From Mobula hypostoma (Eukaryota): DNA of 64,000 bases. This document shows, in pieces, positions 49,346-61,600 of this stretch; position 1 is the stretch's first letter; every line of letters starts with the position of its first letter. The notes beneath the pieces are model-generated. The model was not told the origin of the DNA, made no database searches, and saw only the letters and a program-made list of their open reading frames with translations. The stretch covers positions 84,074,001 through 84,138,000 of the forward strand of contig NC_086108.1 in assembly GCF_963921235.1 (NCBI RefSeq), written 5' to 3'. The translations under genes and the position numbers were made by a program.

Positions 49346-50065
49346 TGAAGGATGATGATGATGGTAAACAATCAACACTTAACTGCATTTTTTTTACAGA
49401 TATGGTAGCTTGTGGTTCTAAGCAGAGTGGTGACATTTGCCATCATGGAATTATCCTCTTTGGACAATTGGTGTTGGCAGAGGATGGAAACCAATATTAT
49501 CTAAAAGCCAATGCTATGCTTATGAGTAGGCCGTACTTTGCAACAGATGGTGCAGCTGTAACAAAGGCTCTCTGCAGAAGGACCACAATCTAACATCCTG
49601 CCACTAATAGACACCGAGGACTGGATCCTGTGCCAAGCCTTTTAAACACTTCAGGAATGTATTGCTGTAACAGGAAACATGACCTGCTTCATTACAGTGT
49701 GAGCAGAATGTACTGGTTTGATGGAACGACATAACTATTGACAATGTATGTAAAGAAAAACATGTACTACTTATATTTCCTGTAAATATATTTGTGAATA
49801 AAATTTACTTCTGAAATTAAAAAATGCACAACTTTGAATCTCTTTTCATTCATGTGGACCATGTTAAAACACACACCAACAATTACTGCCGATGTCTATT
49901 GGTTGCTGGTTTCACAAATACAGCTGGTGGATGTATTAAGAGGAAGTATAATGCATTGGTTCCAAAAACCAAAGAAAGTAACTATTTTTAGTCAGGTCTT
50001 CAAATACTGGAGATTTTAGGGGTACTACCATAAAATACTTTGGAGCATGAGGTTCTGCAAGAGCC

Positions 50066-50440
50066 ATAGACCATAAGATATAGGAGTCATTCAGCCCATC
50101 AAATCTGCTCTGCCATTCTATCATGGCTGATTTATTATCCCACTCAACCCCATTCTTCTGCCTTCTTCCCATAACCTTTGACACCCTTTCTAATTAAGAA
50201 CCTTTCAATCTCCACTTTAAATATACCCAATAACTTCTCACAGCCATCTGTGGCAATGAGTTCCACATATTCACCATTCTCTAGCTAAAGAAATTCCTCA
50301 TCTCTGTTCTAAAGAGATGTCCTTCTATTCTGAGGCTGTGCTCTCTGGTCCTAGATTCCCCTACAATAGGAAACATCCTCTCCACGTCCACCATATCAAG
50401 GCCTTTCAATATACAATGGTTTCAATGAGATCCCCCCTCC
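50066..50440 (-). mobile_element. CR1 3' end
   Basis: (tatggtc)-type tail and an MRNF...MVNMWNSLPQ-like coding end. Confidence 0.85.
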
Positions 50441-50469
50441 CCCACGACCTCACTTTTCTGAATTCCAGC

Positions 50470-51735
50470 AAGTAACTGCAAGAAACTGCAGACAGCTATG
50501 GGTACATTTCAGCACATCGTAGGAACCAACCTCCCCTCTAAGGGCTCTCTCTATACTTCTCACTCCTTCAATAAAACAGCCAGCATAATCAAAGACCCTA
50601 CCTACTCTGGACACACTTTCCTCCTCCTTCTCCCTTTGGGGAGAAGAAAAGCCTAAAAGCAGAAACCCTCTGCAATTGGATCCTTGACTTCCTAACCGGA
50701 AGACCACAGTCTGTGTGGATTGGTGATAACATATCCTCTTCACTGATGATCAACATTGGTGCACCGCAGGGATGTGTGCTAAGCCCACTGCCCTACTCTC
50801 TACATACCCATGATTGTGTGGCTAGGCATAGCTCAAATACCATCTATAAATTTGCTGACGATACAACCGTTGTTGGTAGAATCTCAGGTAGTGACGAGGG
50901 GGTGTACAGGCGTGAGATATGCCAACTAGTGGAATGGTACTGCAGCGACAACCTGGCACTCAACGTCAGTAAGACGAAAGAGCTGATTGTGGACTTCAGG
51001 ATGGATAAGACAAAAGAACACATACAAATCCTCATAGAGGGATCAGAAGTGGAGAGAGTGAGCAGCTTCAAGCTCCTGGTTGTCAAGATCTCTGAGGATA
51101 TAACCTGGTCCCAACATGTCGATGTAGTTATAAAGAAGGCAAGACAGCGGCTATACTTCATTAGGAGTTTGAAGAGATTTGGCATGTCAACAAATACACT
51201 CAAAAACTTCTATAGTTGTACCGAGGAGAGCATTCTGACAGGCTGCATCACTGTCTGGTATGGAGGGGCTACTGCACAGGACCGAAAGAAGCTGCAGAAG
51301 GTTGTAAATCTAGTCAGCTCCATCTTGGGTACTAGCCTTCAAAGTACCCAGGGTATCTTCAAGGAGCGGTGTCTCAGAAAGGCAGCGTCCATTATTAAGG
51401 ACCTCCAGCACCCAGGGCATGCCCTTTTCTCATTGTTATCATCAGGTGGGAGATACAGAAGCCTGAAGGCACACACTCAGCGATTCAGGAACAGCTTCTT
51501 CCCCTCTGCTAAGTTAACAAATTTTACGTCACGTGCCGATGATAATAAACCTGCTTCTGATTCTGATACCACTAGGCTCAGGGACGTCTTTATCAAACTC
51601 TACATTGCACTGCCCTGCTTCAGCAGCTTTTACACTTCATTCTACTTTGTTATTATTTTACCTTATTCTAGCTCAAAGAACTCTGTAATGATTTGATCTG
51701 TATGCAAGACAAGCTTTTCACTGTATCTTGGTGCT
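50470..51735 (+). mobile_element. Rex1/Babar LINE (about 50665-51565, long RT ORF) nested in an older Rex 3' fragment
   Basis: ORF 50713..51696: [40 protein letters not shown], then tail ttctgattctga. The host fragment resumes with TTRLRD at about 51567. Confidence 0.92.
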
Positions 51736-52501
51736 TATCTTTGCAAGCGGAACAAGAGCTACATCTGCCCCTGCACCTTCCCCCTCACTACAATTCAGGG
51801 CCCCAAACAGTCTTCCCAGATGAGGCGACACTTAACCTGTGAATCTGTTGGGGTCATATATTGTGTCCGTGCTCCTGATAGCACCGAGGAGTCCCAATGT
51901 AGATTGGGAGACTGCGTTGCCGAGCGCCTATGTTCCATCTGCCAGAAGAAGCTGGACCTCTCAGTGGCCACCCATTTTAATTCCACTTCCCATTCTCATT
52001 CCGAGTCTATCCATGGCCTCCTCTACTGTCACGATAAAGCCACACTCAGGTTGGAGGAACAACACCTTGTATTCTTTCTGGGTGGCCTCCAACATGATGG
52101 CATGAACATTGATTTCTCAAACTACCAGTAATGCTCCAATATTCCCCATCCCCAATTTCCTCTTTCACCTTATCTCCTTGCCTGCCCATCACCTCCCTCT
52201 TGTGCTCCTCCCCCTTTTTTTCTTCCATGGCCTTCTGTCCTCTCCTATTACATTCCACCTTCTCCAGCCCTGTATCTCTTTCACCAATCAACTTCCCAAC
52301 TCTTCACTTCATCCTTCCCCTTCCTGGTTTCACCTATCACCTTGTGTTTCTCCCTCCCCTACTTCCACCTTTTAAATCTACTCTTCATCTCTTTTTTTTC
52401 TCCAGTCCTGCTGAAGGGTCTTGGGCTGAAACATCAACTGTACTCTTTTCCATAGATGTTGCCTGGCCTGCTGAGTTCCTCCAGCATTTTATGTGCGTTG
52501 C
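51736..52501 (+). mobile_element. Penelope-like element 3' part: GIY-YIG endonuclease remnant, pyrimidine-rich UTR and hammerhead-bearing terminus
   Basis: TCESVGVIYCVR...RLGDCVAERL...VATHFNSTSH...RLEEQHLVFFLG...GMNIDFS. Terminus cagtc-CTGCTGA-agggtcttgggct-GAAACATC-aactg. Confidence 0.85.
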
Positions 52502-52567
52502 TGCCAGTACCACTTCCAATAGATGCTGTGAAGAACTCAAAATTTTTCAGGCAAAGAGCAGACTATA

Positions 52568-53992
52568 AACATAGAAACATAGAAAATAGGTGCAGGAGTA
52601 GGCCATTCAGCCCTTCAAGCCTGCACCGCCATTCAGTATGATCATGGCTGATCATCCAACTCAGAACCCTGTACTTGCCTTCTCTCCATACCCCCTGATC
52701 CCTTTAGCCACAAGGGCCATATCTAACTCCCTCTTAAATATAGCCAATGAACTGGCCTCAACTGTTTCCTGTGGCAGAGAATTCCACAGATTCATCACTC
52801 TCTGTGTGAAGAAGGTTTTCCTCATCTCGGTCCTAAAGGGCTTCCCCTTTATCCTCAAACTGTGACCCCTCGTTCTGGACTTCCCCAACATGGGGAACAA
52901 TCTTCCTGCATCTAGCCTGTCCAATCCCTTTAGGATTTTATACGTTTCAATAAGATCCCACCTCAATCTTCTAAATTCCAGAGGGTATAAGCCTAGTCGA
53001 TTCAGTCTTTCATCATATGAAAGTCCTGCCATCCCAGGAATTAATCTGGTGAAACTTCTTACCCCCTCTATGGCAAGAATGTCTTTCCTCAGATTAGGGG
53101 ACCAAAACTCACACAATACTCCAGGTGTGGTCTCACCAAGGCCTTGTACAACTGCAGTAGTACCTCCCTGCTCCTGTACTCGAATCCTCTTGCTATGAAT
53201 GCCAGCATACCATTCACCTTTTTCACCACCTGCTGTACCTGCATGCCCACTTTCAATGACTGGTGTATAATGACACCCAGGTCTCGTTGCACCTCCCCTT
53301 TTCCTAATCGGCCACCATTCAGATAATAATCTGTTTTCCTGTTTTTGCCATCAAAGTGGATAATCTCACATTTATCCACATTAAATTGCATCTGCCATGA
53401 ATTTGCCCACTCACCTAACCTATCCAAGTCACCCTGCATACTCTTAGCATCCTCCTCACAGCTAACACTGCCGCCCAGCTTCGTGTCATCCACAAACTTG
53501 GAGATGCTGCATTTAATTCCCACGTCCAAGTCATTAATATATATTGTAAACAACTGGGGTCCCAGCACTGAGCCTTGCGGTACCCCACTAATCACTGCCT
53601 GTCATTCTGAAAAGGTCCCGTTTATTCCCACTCTTTGCTTCCTGTCTGCCAACCAATTCTCTATCCACAGCAACACCATACCCCCAATACCGCGTACTTT
53701 CAGTTTGCACACTAATCTCCTGTGTGGGACCTTATCAAAAGCCTTTTGAAAATCCAAATATACCACATCCACTGGTTCTCCCCTATGCACTCTACTAGTT
53801 ACATCCTCAAAAAATTCTATGAGATTCGTCAGACATGATTTTCCTTTCACAAATCCATGCTGACTTTGTCCAATGATTTCACCGCTTTCCAAATGTGCTG
53901 TTATCACATCTTTGATAACTGACTCTAGCATTTTCCCCACCACCGACGTTAGGCTAACTGGTCTATAATTCGTCAGCTTCTCTCTCCCTCCT
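52568..53992 (-). mobile_element. 5'-truncated CR1 LINE, relatively young
   Basis: QHGFVKGKSCLTNL, YLDFQKAFDKVPH, SGVPQGSVLGP, KFVDDTKLGG, LVRPHLEYC. (tttctatg)n tail. Confidence 0.95.
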
Positions 53993-54769
53993 TCAGGCTT
54001 GCTTTTACAACACTCTTAGCCCTTATACAATTATAAGTTAATTATAAAAGTTAAACTTGAACAATTTGAAGGCAGCGATTTCTCAAACTAATTTGGACCT
54101 CAAATATACCATTTACTTTGTGAAAAAGCACAATGTGTGAATAGTCATAGCAGATGAAGCAAAGTCTTTCAGGCAAATACACTCAGTGCCATATATCAGG
54201 ATGGTAACAACTTAAAACTGTTCCCGCTGATAAACTATTGCTCTAGTCCATTTGGCAGAATCTATAACTTTAATAAATGGAAAAAAACAAATTATTTGAT
54301 ATTTCCACTCCTTATTGCAGCCTCCTCCCTCCTGCAAGTCATTGCAAGAACACTGGAAGGTGTTTACAAAGCATTTGAAACATTATCTATTGCTTTCCTT
54401 TTCCAAGACCATAAAATGGACCTAGGAGGCAGAATTACCCTTTTGCATTCTGCAGACACTTAAATCTGAAGCAGCAATGATTTTCTGCTCCCTTGATAGT
54501 ACCTGGACTTCTGCACTGGACTCTGATTGATATCATAAAATCAAACTGCCTGAGGAAAATTCAAACACTCATTGCTTGGCTGTGCTAACTGTATTTATAG
54601 CAGTTTATTCAAAGAATATTGTATTTTAAAAATTGCACAGTATTGGATTTAACTGATTAATTTTAAGATGAGACTAGTTAACTGTAATTTGCTTTGCAAT
54701 TAACAAGTAAATATCTGCTTGTATTTTAAGTAGTCTTCATCTGCGTAACAGCATAATATGCCTCTAATG

Positions 54770-54829
54770 CAGGGGTTCCCAACCCTTTTTTAACTGAGAG
54801 GTCCATGGACCCCAGATTAGGAACTCATG
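54770..54829. mobile_element. Short hAT-type MITE
   Basis: caggggttcccaacc...attaggaactcatg inverted ends. Confidence 0.55.
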
Positions 54830-55855
54830 CTCTCGCGGCTATACAAAGCTCTGGAAGCCTCTTTCTTCTGCATTTAATGAATAAGTGTTTTCTCAATGGT
54901 CAACTTGGTGTTGCAGTATTGAAGAAGTACTTCCTAATTGGTTAATTTTTATTTATAGATTTGAATGGAATTTTTCCCTACCTCCGGCTATAAAATAGCA
55001 AGTACAAAACAGCACCATCTTTAATCTTAGCTTTCTTGGTCACCGTCTGTTCAGTTTTCTTCTGTTTTATCAACTCTTAATAAAACAATGTGAGGCAACA
55101 AGTTTAGTGCCTTATTCCTGATTTCTAAAAGAACCTTGAATTCAAACACCAGAATCCTACAAGAGGAACTTGCCAAAGTTCCTATCATATACTGTAATAT
55201 TATTATTAAAACACAATTTGAGACAGCAATAAATACAAAACCTCCCTGCTAATCCAAGCATGTTTCCTAATCATGTTGATTTCAAACCAAATTTCATTGA
55301 AAATATCACAACAGGTCAGATCAAGAGAAGAGAAACTCATGAATCATCAAAAACTGATAACAGGAAGAACAATAGAGGTACGTTAGCTCTTTATCAACCC
55401 TAAGAGATTAGCGAAGTCACTAAAAAGCATGAAAGGGAAGGAACCTACCTTTATACAAATACACAATCATCTTCATACTTTTGAAATGGTTAGAGAGTGG
55501 ATCAATGAATCATACTTTTATTTTAGATATATCTAATCAGATAGAGTATTTAGTTAATGATTCTCCTGAGAGATAGCACTTGCAGATAAAGCAGTATTCA
55601 TTCAGTATTGCTTTGAAGCTTCAAACCAGATTATATGCTAAAAGTACAGCAGTGGGAGTTGAACTCCCAGACCTTTAGGTGACAAACAAGAATACTACAA
55701 ATTGCAAAAGAAAATATTTTAAATCTTTTGTGCTGAACTGAGAAAGAGCATTCTATACTCCCTTGAGAATCTCAAAACTAAGTTCCATTTCGAGGACTTT
55801 ACAGGGAAAGTTATTGGGAATATGGGTGAACAAAATGGGATAAAGGTAGGATTAA

Positions 55856-56225
55856 AACACACAAATTGTTAGAGGAACTCAACAGGGCAGGCAGAATCTA
55901 TGGAGGGAAATAAACAGTCGATGTTTTGGGCCGAGTTCCTTCATCAGGGCTGAAAAGGAAGGGGCAAGAAGCCAGAGGGAGGAGAAGGAATAGAAGATAG
56001 AAAGTGATAGGTGAAGCCAGGTGGGAGGAGAAAGAGGAATGAAGTGAGAAGCAGGGAGACAACGGGTAAAGTGTTGAAGAAGAAAGAATTTGTTAAAGGA
56101 GGAAAGTGTATTATGGGAGAAAAGGAAGGAGGAGAGGCACCAGGTGATGGGCAGGTGAGAAGAAGAGAGGTAAGAAGGAAGCCAGATGGGGAATGGAAGA
56201 AGAGGGAGGGGGAGGGGAAAACTTA
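55856..56225 (-). mobile_element. Penelope-like 3' terminus and UTR
   Basis: Reverse complement of the 52130-52500 type sequence. Hammerhead-like cagcc-CTGATGA-aggaactcggccc-aaaacatc-gactg. Confidence 0.75.
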
Positions 56226-58353
56226 CTGGTGTAGGGTTAATGGGTACTTGGTGGTCAGTGTAGACTAAGGCCCTATTTACATGCGGTCTAAGTCTAGTAC
56301 TCCAACACTGGAGATATGTATAATGTGTGTTTCAGTTGAAACTGAATAAGGAGATTCTGGAGACAAGTAAACCAAAAGAAAATCTTTGATCACAGAATAC
56401 TCTTAATATTTTGCTTATATCCATTAACAGAACAATTCTATCAGTTGGAAGTCTTTTTGTAACTTTCAATTCAAAAGACTAACTAGGGACAGCATCGGGA
56501 GCTAAAGATGATGCCAGAAGGTGACTTCTTCCAGTTCATCCATGAAACAGTATAAGTTCTCCACTCTAATATATTTCCTTTCCTTTTCAAGGTAGCTGGG
56601 AACCTGTCAGAGTCTGTGATCAACAGTTGCACTCAAACTATGTTCTTCACAACGGTGGGTTCTCACTCTTGGAGCTTGCCAAGCAGCCTAGTGTTCTCGA
56701 TTATCTCCAGGAGTAGCCAGGGAGATGTGCGCCTTTGGAGTGCGGCCCTGCGGACAACCCAATTCCTCAATGGTGCTGCCGACTGAGGCGTGACAGGAGA
56801 CTGAAAAGGAGCTGCAGATTGTAACATCGAAATAGCGAGCTGTTGGCCTCCCCTCTGGCTGTGGCAGGAGTGATACTGCTCTTTATCCTTTGCAGGTGCT
56901 TCCATGTCAATGAATTATCCTTGGCTTGGCTTGGAAAGGCTGTCTGAAGACCAGAGTTGGGCAGGTTGTGGTTAGCAGTGTGGCTGCTTGCCAATGAGAT
57001 GGAGGGTTCAAGACAGCAAATCTGGCAGCAGAATGGAGAACTATCATTGAGCGGAAGCAACACTGGTTGTACTATAGTGAAAACAGGGCTGGGGAGTGTT
57101 ATGCACGGAAATAAAGGGAGGGAAGGACAGCAGTTTCAATCACATCCAAGAGGAAGTGATGAGGAAGGCCAACAGATCTGGATGATCTGCTAACTCATGG
57201 AAGCAGGCACTATCAGTTTCCAGGAACAAAACTCACACTTCAGTACTGAGCAGCCGTACCACTTAGTCCATCGGCTAGACATCAACCTTCGCGGCAAGTT
57301 GTATGAGGGCCAGTGGAGTTCTCTGCCAAGTTCCCAGCACAACAGCGGGGAAGTTAGTAGTTCACTGCCAGGTCCATGGCTCAACATTGCTGCCTGTAAC
57401 ACAACTCTCTATGTATACATTGCATAAATAACCAATTTAGCTATTTGCACTCCGGTTCCAAGATACAAGTGTAATTAAAGAGGTTAGTTCTCAAGAAACT
57501 TTTAAAGTTTAAGAGAAACCTATAAAATGCCGAAATCTTGCATGTTAAAAGAAGCTTCTATTGTTCCGGGAGCAGAGGGAACTTCCAATAAAAGTCAAAA
57601 GAATGAACGCAGCAGCTCAGTACTGCAATAAACTGTGCCTGTTTGATGAAGTGAGGTTATGCAGATTATTTATAAGGGAAGAAGGTAACTTTAAAATCAA
57701 CATAGTGGGGAGAAATGAAACCGTAAGAGATCTAGAAGGAAAGATACGGCTGAAATATAAACAGAAATTACTTTGGAGAAAAACGCCAGCAGCTGAATTT
57801 GAGCTGGAATTACTTGTGGCTCAGGATAGAAATGAAGTCAAATGAATGGCAAAAATAAGTTTTACAACTATAATAAATGCATACAATAAAATTCTAAGAA
57901 AATTTTAATGAATACTTAAATACTAGATCTAGATTTAAAAAAAGAATTAAAATTACAACCGCTGATTGCTCCAAGAAACAGATAAAACATATGTAAGTTG
58001 ATCAGTCTAAGATCAAATCTAAGTGCTCCTGCTTGGATTAACAGAGGAAGAAAGATATTATGAAAATAACAATTAGAAACAACCAAGATATTAGTTATTC
58101 TGCACACACTGCGGTCATGTATTAAGACAGGATAAAAAAAAACCTAGTTTTTAAAAACAGAAGTTAGCGTTAATACATACAGTAAACAGTGGTTTATAAA
58201 GGTATTTGGATTTATACATGTTTCATGGCTTCTGGATACTGCAAGGTCATTTGAAGTTAAAACAAACTACTTCCAAAGTCTACTTATTGTTGTAATGTTG
58301 TAACTGCAGCAGCAAATTTGGGGCTCAGCAATTTCCTGGATAAAGTTTAGTTA

Positions 58354-58634
58354 CAGTTCCTATATAAAGTATTCACCCCTCCCCCCGCCCCTTGGAAGTT
58401 TTCATGTTTTATTGTCTTACAACATTGAATCACAGTGGATTTAATTTGGATTTTTTTGGCAGTGATCAACAGAAAAAGACTCTTTAGTGTCAAAGTGAAA
58501 ACTGATCTCTACAAAGTGATCTAAATTAATTACAAATATAAAACACAAAATTATTGATTGTGTAGGTATTCACTCCCTTTAATATGACACACCAAATCAT
58601 CACTGGTGCAGCAATTGATTTTAAAAGTCACATA
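58354..58634 (+). mobile_element. Tc1 terminal region (different family), truncated by a CR1 insertion
   Basis: TA followed by cagttcctatataaagtattcacccc, with the internal repeat gtattcactccc typical of IR/DR-type Tc1 ends. Confidence 0.7.
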
Positions 58635-61600
58635 AGAGCGTAGTTTGCGGGCTGCAGAGTGAGCCATGAGCAGAGTGAAGGCTTAAGGGCTTTGGCTAAA
58701 TGGGCTTAGGCAGAAACGGGCGAGGCGAAGAGGGTTTGATTTTTCATTTTTTTTCATGTTATTTGAAGAGAGGGGGAAGTATGAGTGTGAGGGCAGCTTG
58801 TTGTTCTCAGTGATGGATGTGGGAGGTAGTAGGGTCTCCCAAACTCCCGGATATCCACATCTGCCCCAGGTGTGTCCAGATGCAGCTCCTAAGAGACCGC
58901 GTTAGGGAACTGGAGCTGCAGCTCGATGACCTTCGTCTTGTCAGGGAGAGTGAGGAGTTGATAGAGAGGAGTTACAGGCAGGTGGTCACACCGGGGCCAC
59001 AGGAGGCAGACAAGTGGGTCAAGGTTAGGAGGGGGACTAGGAAGAATCAGGTAATAGAGATGACCCCTGTGGCTGTGGCTGTGCCCCTTGATAATAAGTA
59101 CTCCTGTGTGAGTACTGTGGGGGGGGGGGAATAGCATACCTGGGGGAAGCGACAGTGGCTGTGCCTCCGGCACAGAGTCCGGCCCTGTAGCTAAGAAGGG
59201 TAGGAAATGGAAGAGGAGGGCAGTAGTAATAGGGGACTCAATAGTTAAGGGGTCAGATAGATGATTCTGTGGACGAAGTCCGGAGACCCGGATGGTAGTT
59301 TGCTTCCCTGGTGCCAGGGTCTGAGATGTTTCAGATCGCGTCCAAGAGATCCTGAAGTGGAAGGGAGAGGAGCCAGAGGTCATGGTACGTATAGGTACCA
59401 ATGACATAGGTTGGAAAAGGGGAGAGGTCCTGAAAGAAGAACATAGGGAGTTAGGAAGGGAGTTGAGAGAAAGGACTGCAAAGGTAGTAATCTCGGTATT
59501 ACTTCCTGTGCTACGCGACAGTGAGAGTAGGAATGCAATGAGATGTAGTGATAGTCATAGTCATAATTTATTGATCCCGAGGGAAATTGGTTTTTGTTAC
59601 AGTTGCACCATAAATAATTAAGTAGTAATAAAACCATAAATAATTGAATAGTAATATGTAAATTATGCCAGGAAATAAGTCCAAGACCAGCCTATTGGCT
59701 CAGAGTGTCTAACCCTCCAAGGGAGGAGTTGAAAAGTTTGATGGCCACAGGCAGGAATGACTTCCTATGACGCTCGATGTTGCATCTCGGTGGAATGAGT
59801 CTCTGGCTGAATGTACTCCTGTGCCCAACCAGTCCATTATGTAGTGGATGGGAGTCATTGTCCAAGATGGCATGCAACTTGGACAGCATCCTCTTTTCAG
59901 ACACCACCGTCAGAGAGTCCAGTTCCATCCCCACAACATCATTAGCCTTACGAATGAGTTTGTTGATTCTGTTGGTGTCTGCTACCCTCAGCCTGCTACC
60001 CCAGCACACAACAGCAAACATGATAGCACTGGCCACCACAGACTCGTAGAACATCCTCAGCATCATCCGACAGATGTTAAAGGACCTCAGTCTCCTCAGG
60101 AAATAGAGGCGGCTCTGACCCTTCTTGTAGACAACCTCAGTGTTCTTTGACCAGTCCAGTTTATTGTCAATTCGTATCCCCAGGTATTGGTAATCCTCCA
60201 CCATTTCCACACTGACCCCCTGGATGGAACAGGGGTCACCAGTGCCTTAGCCCTCCTCAGGTCTACCACCAGCTCCTTAATCTTTTTCACATTAAGCTGC
60301 AGATAATTCTGCTCACATCACGTGACAAAGTTTCCTACCATAGCCCTGTACTCAGCCTCATCTCCCTTGCTGATGCATCCAACTATGGCAGAGTCATCCG
60401 AAAACTTCTGAAGATGACAAGACTCTGTGCAGTAGTTGAAGTCTGAGGTGTAAGTGGTGAAGAGAAAGGGAGACAAGACAGTCCCCTGTGGAGCCCCAGT
60501 GCTGCTGATCACTCTGTCGGACACACTGTGTTGCAAGCACACGTACTGTGGTCTGCCAGTCAGGTAATCAAGAACCCATGACACCAGGAAAGTATCCACC
60601 TGCATCGCTGTCAGCTTCTCCCCCAGCAGAGCAGGGCGGATGGTGTTGAACGCACTGGGGAAGACAAAAAACATGACCCTCACAGTGCTCGCTGGCTTGT
60701 CCAGGTGGGCGTAGACACGGTTCAGCAGGTAGACGATGGCATCCTCAACTCCAAGTTGGGGCTGGTAGGCGAACTTGGGGGGATCTAAGTGTGGCCTGAC
60801 CATAGGCCGGAGCAGCTCCAGAACAAGTCTCTCCAGGGTCTTCATGATGTGGGAGGTCAATGCCACCAGTCTGTAGTTATTGAGGCCGCTGGGGCGCGAC
60901 GTCTTCAGCACAGGGACGAGGCAGGACGTCTTCCACAGCACGGGAACCCTCTGGAGACTCAGGCTCAGGTTGAAGACATGGCGAAGTATTCCACATAGCT
61001 GAGGGGCACAGGCTTTGAGCACCCTAGTACTGACACCACCCGAGCCTGCAGCCTTGCTTGGGTTGAGAAGTTTCAATTGTCTTCTCTCCTGTTCAGCTGT
61101 GAAGCCCACCGTGGTGGTTTTGTGTGGGGAAGGGGTATAGTCATGAGAGCAGGGTGGGGAACTGTGAGGAGGGGTAGGGAGAGTGGAATATGTGTTGGTT
61201 GGGGGCCAACAGATGATTCATGTGGGGGATGGGCAGGGGCCACAATGTCAAATCTGTTAAAGAACAGGTTAAGTTCGTTGGCCCTGTCCACACTGCCTTC
61301 AGCTCCTGTGTTGCTAGTTTGCCGGAACCCAGTGATAGTCCTCATCCTACTCCAGACCTCTCTCATGTTGTTCTGCTGGAGTTTCCACTCAAGCTTCCTC
61401 CTATACCTGTCTTCAGCCTCCCTGATCCTGGCTTTCAGGTCCCTCTGTATTGCCCTCAGCTCCTCCTTATTTCCATCTCTAAACACCCTCTTTTTAGTGT
61501 TCAGGATGTCTTTAATGTCCTTTGTTACGCATGGCTTGTTATTTGAATAACAAAGGACAGTTCTTGCCGAAACATTGCAGTGGATAAATGCGTGGCTGAG

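Noticed and set aside
50713..51696. 327-aa ORF, the longest in the window
   Set aside because: Rex1/Babar RT fragment reading through into flanking repeat. Not a host gene.
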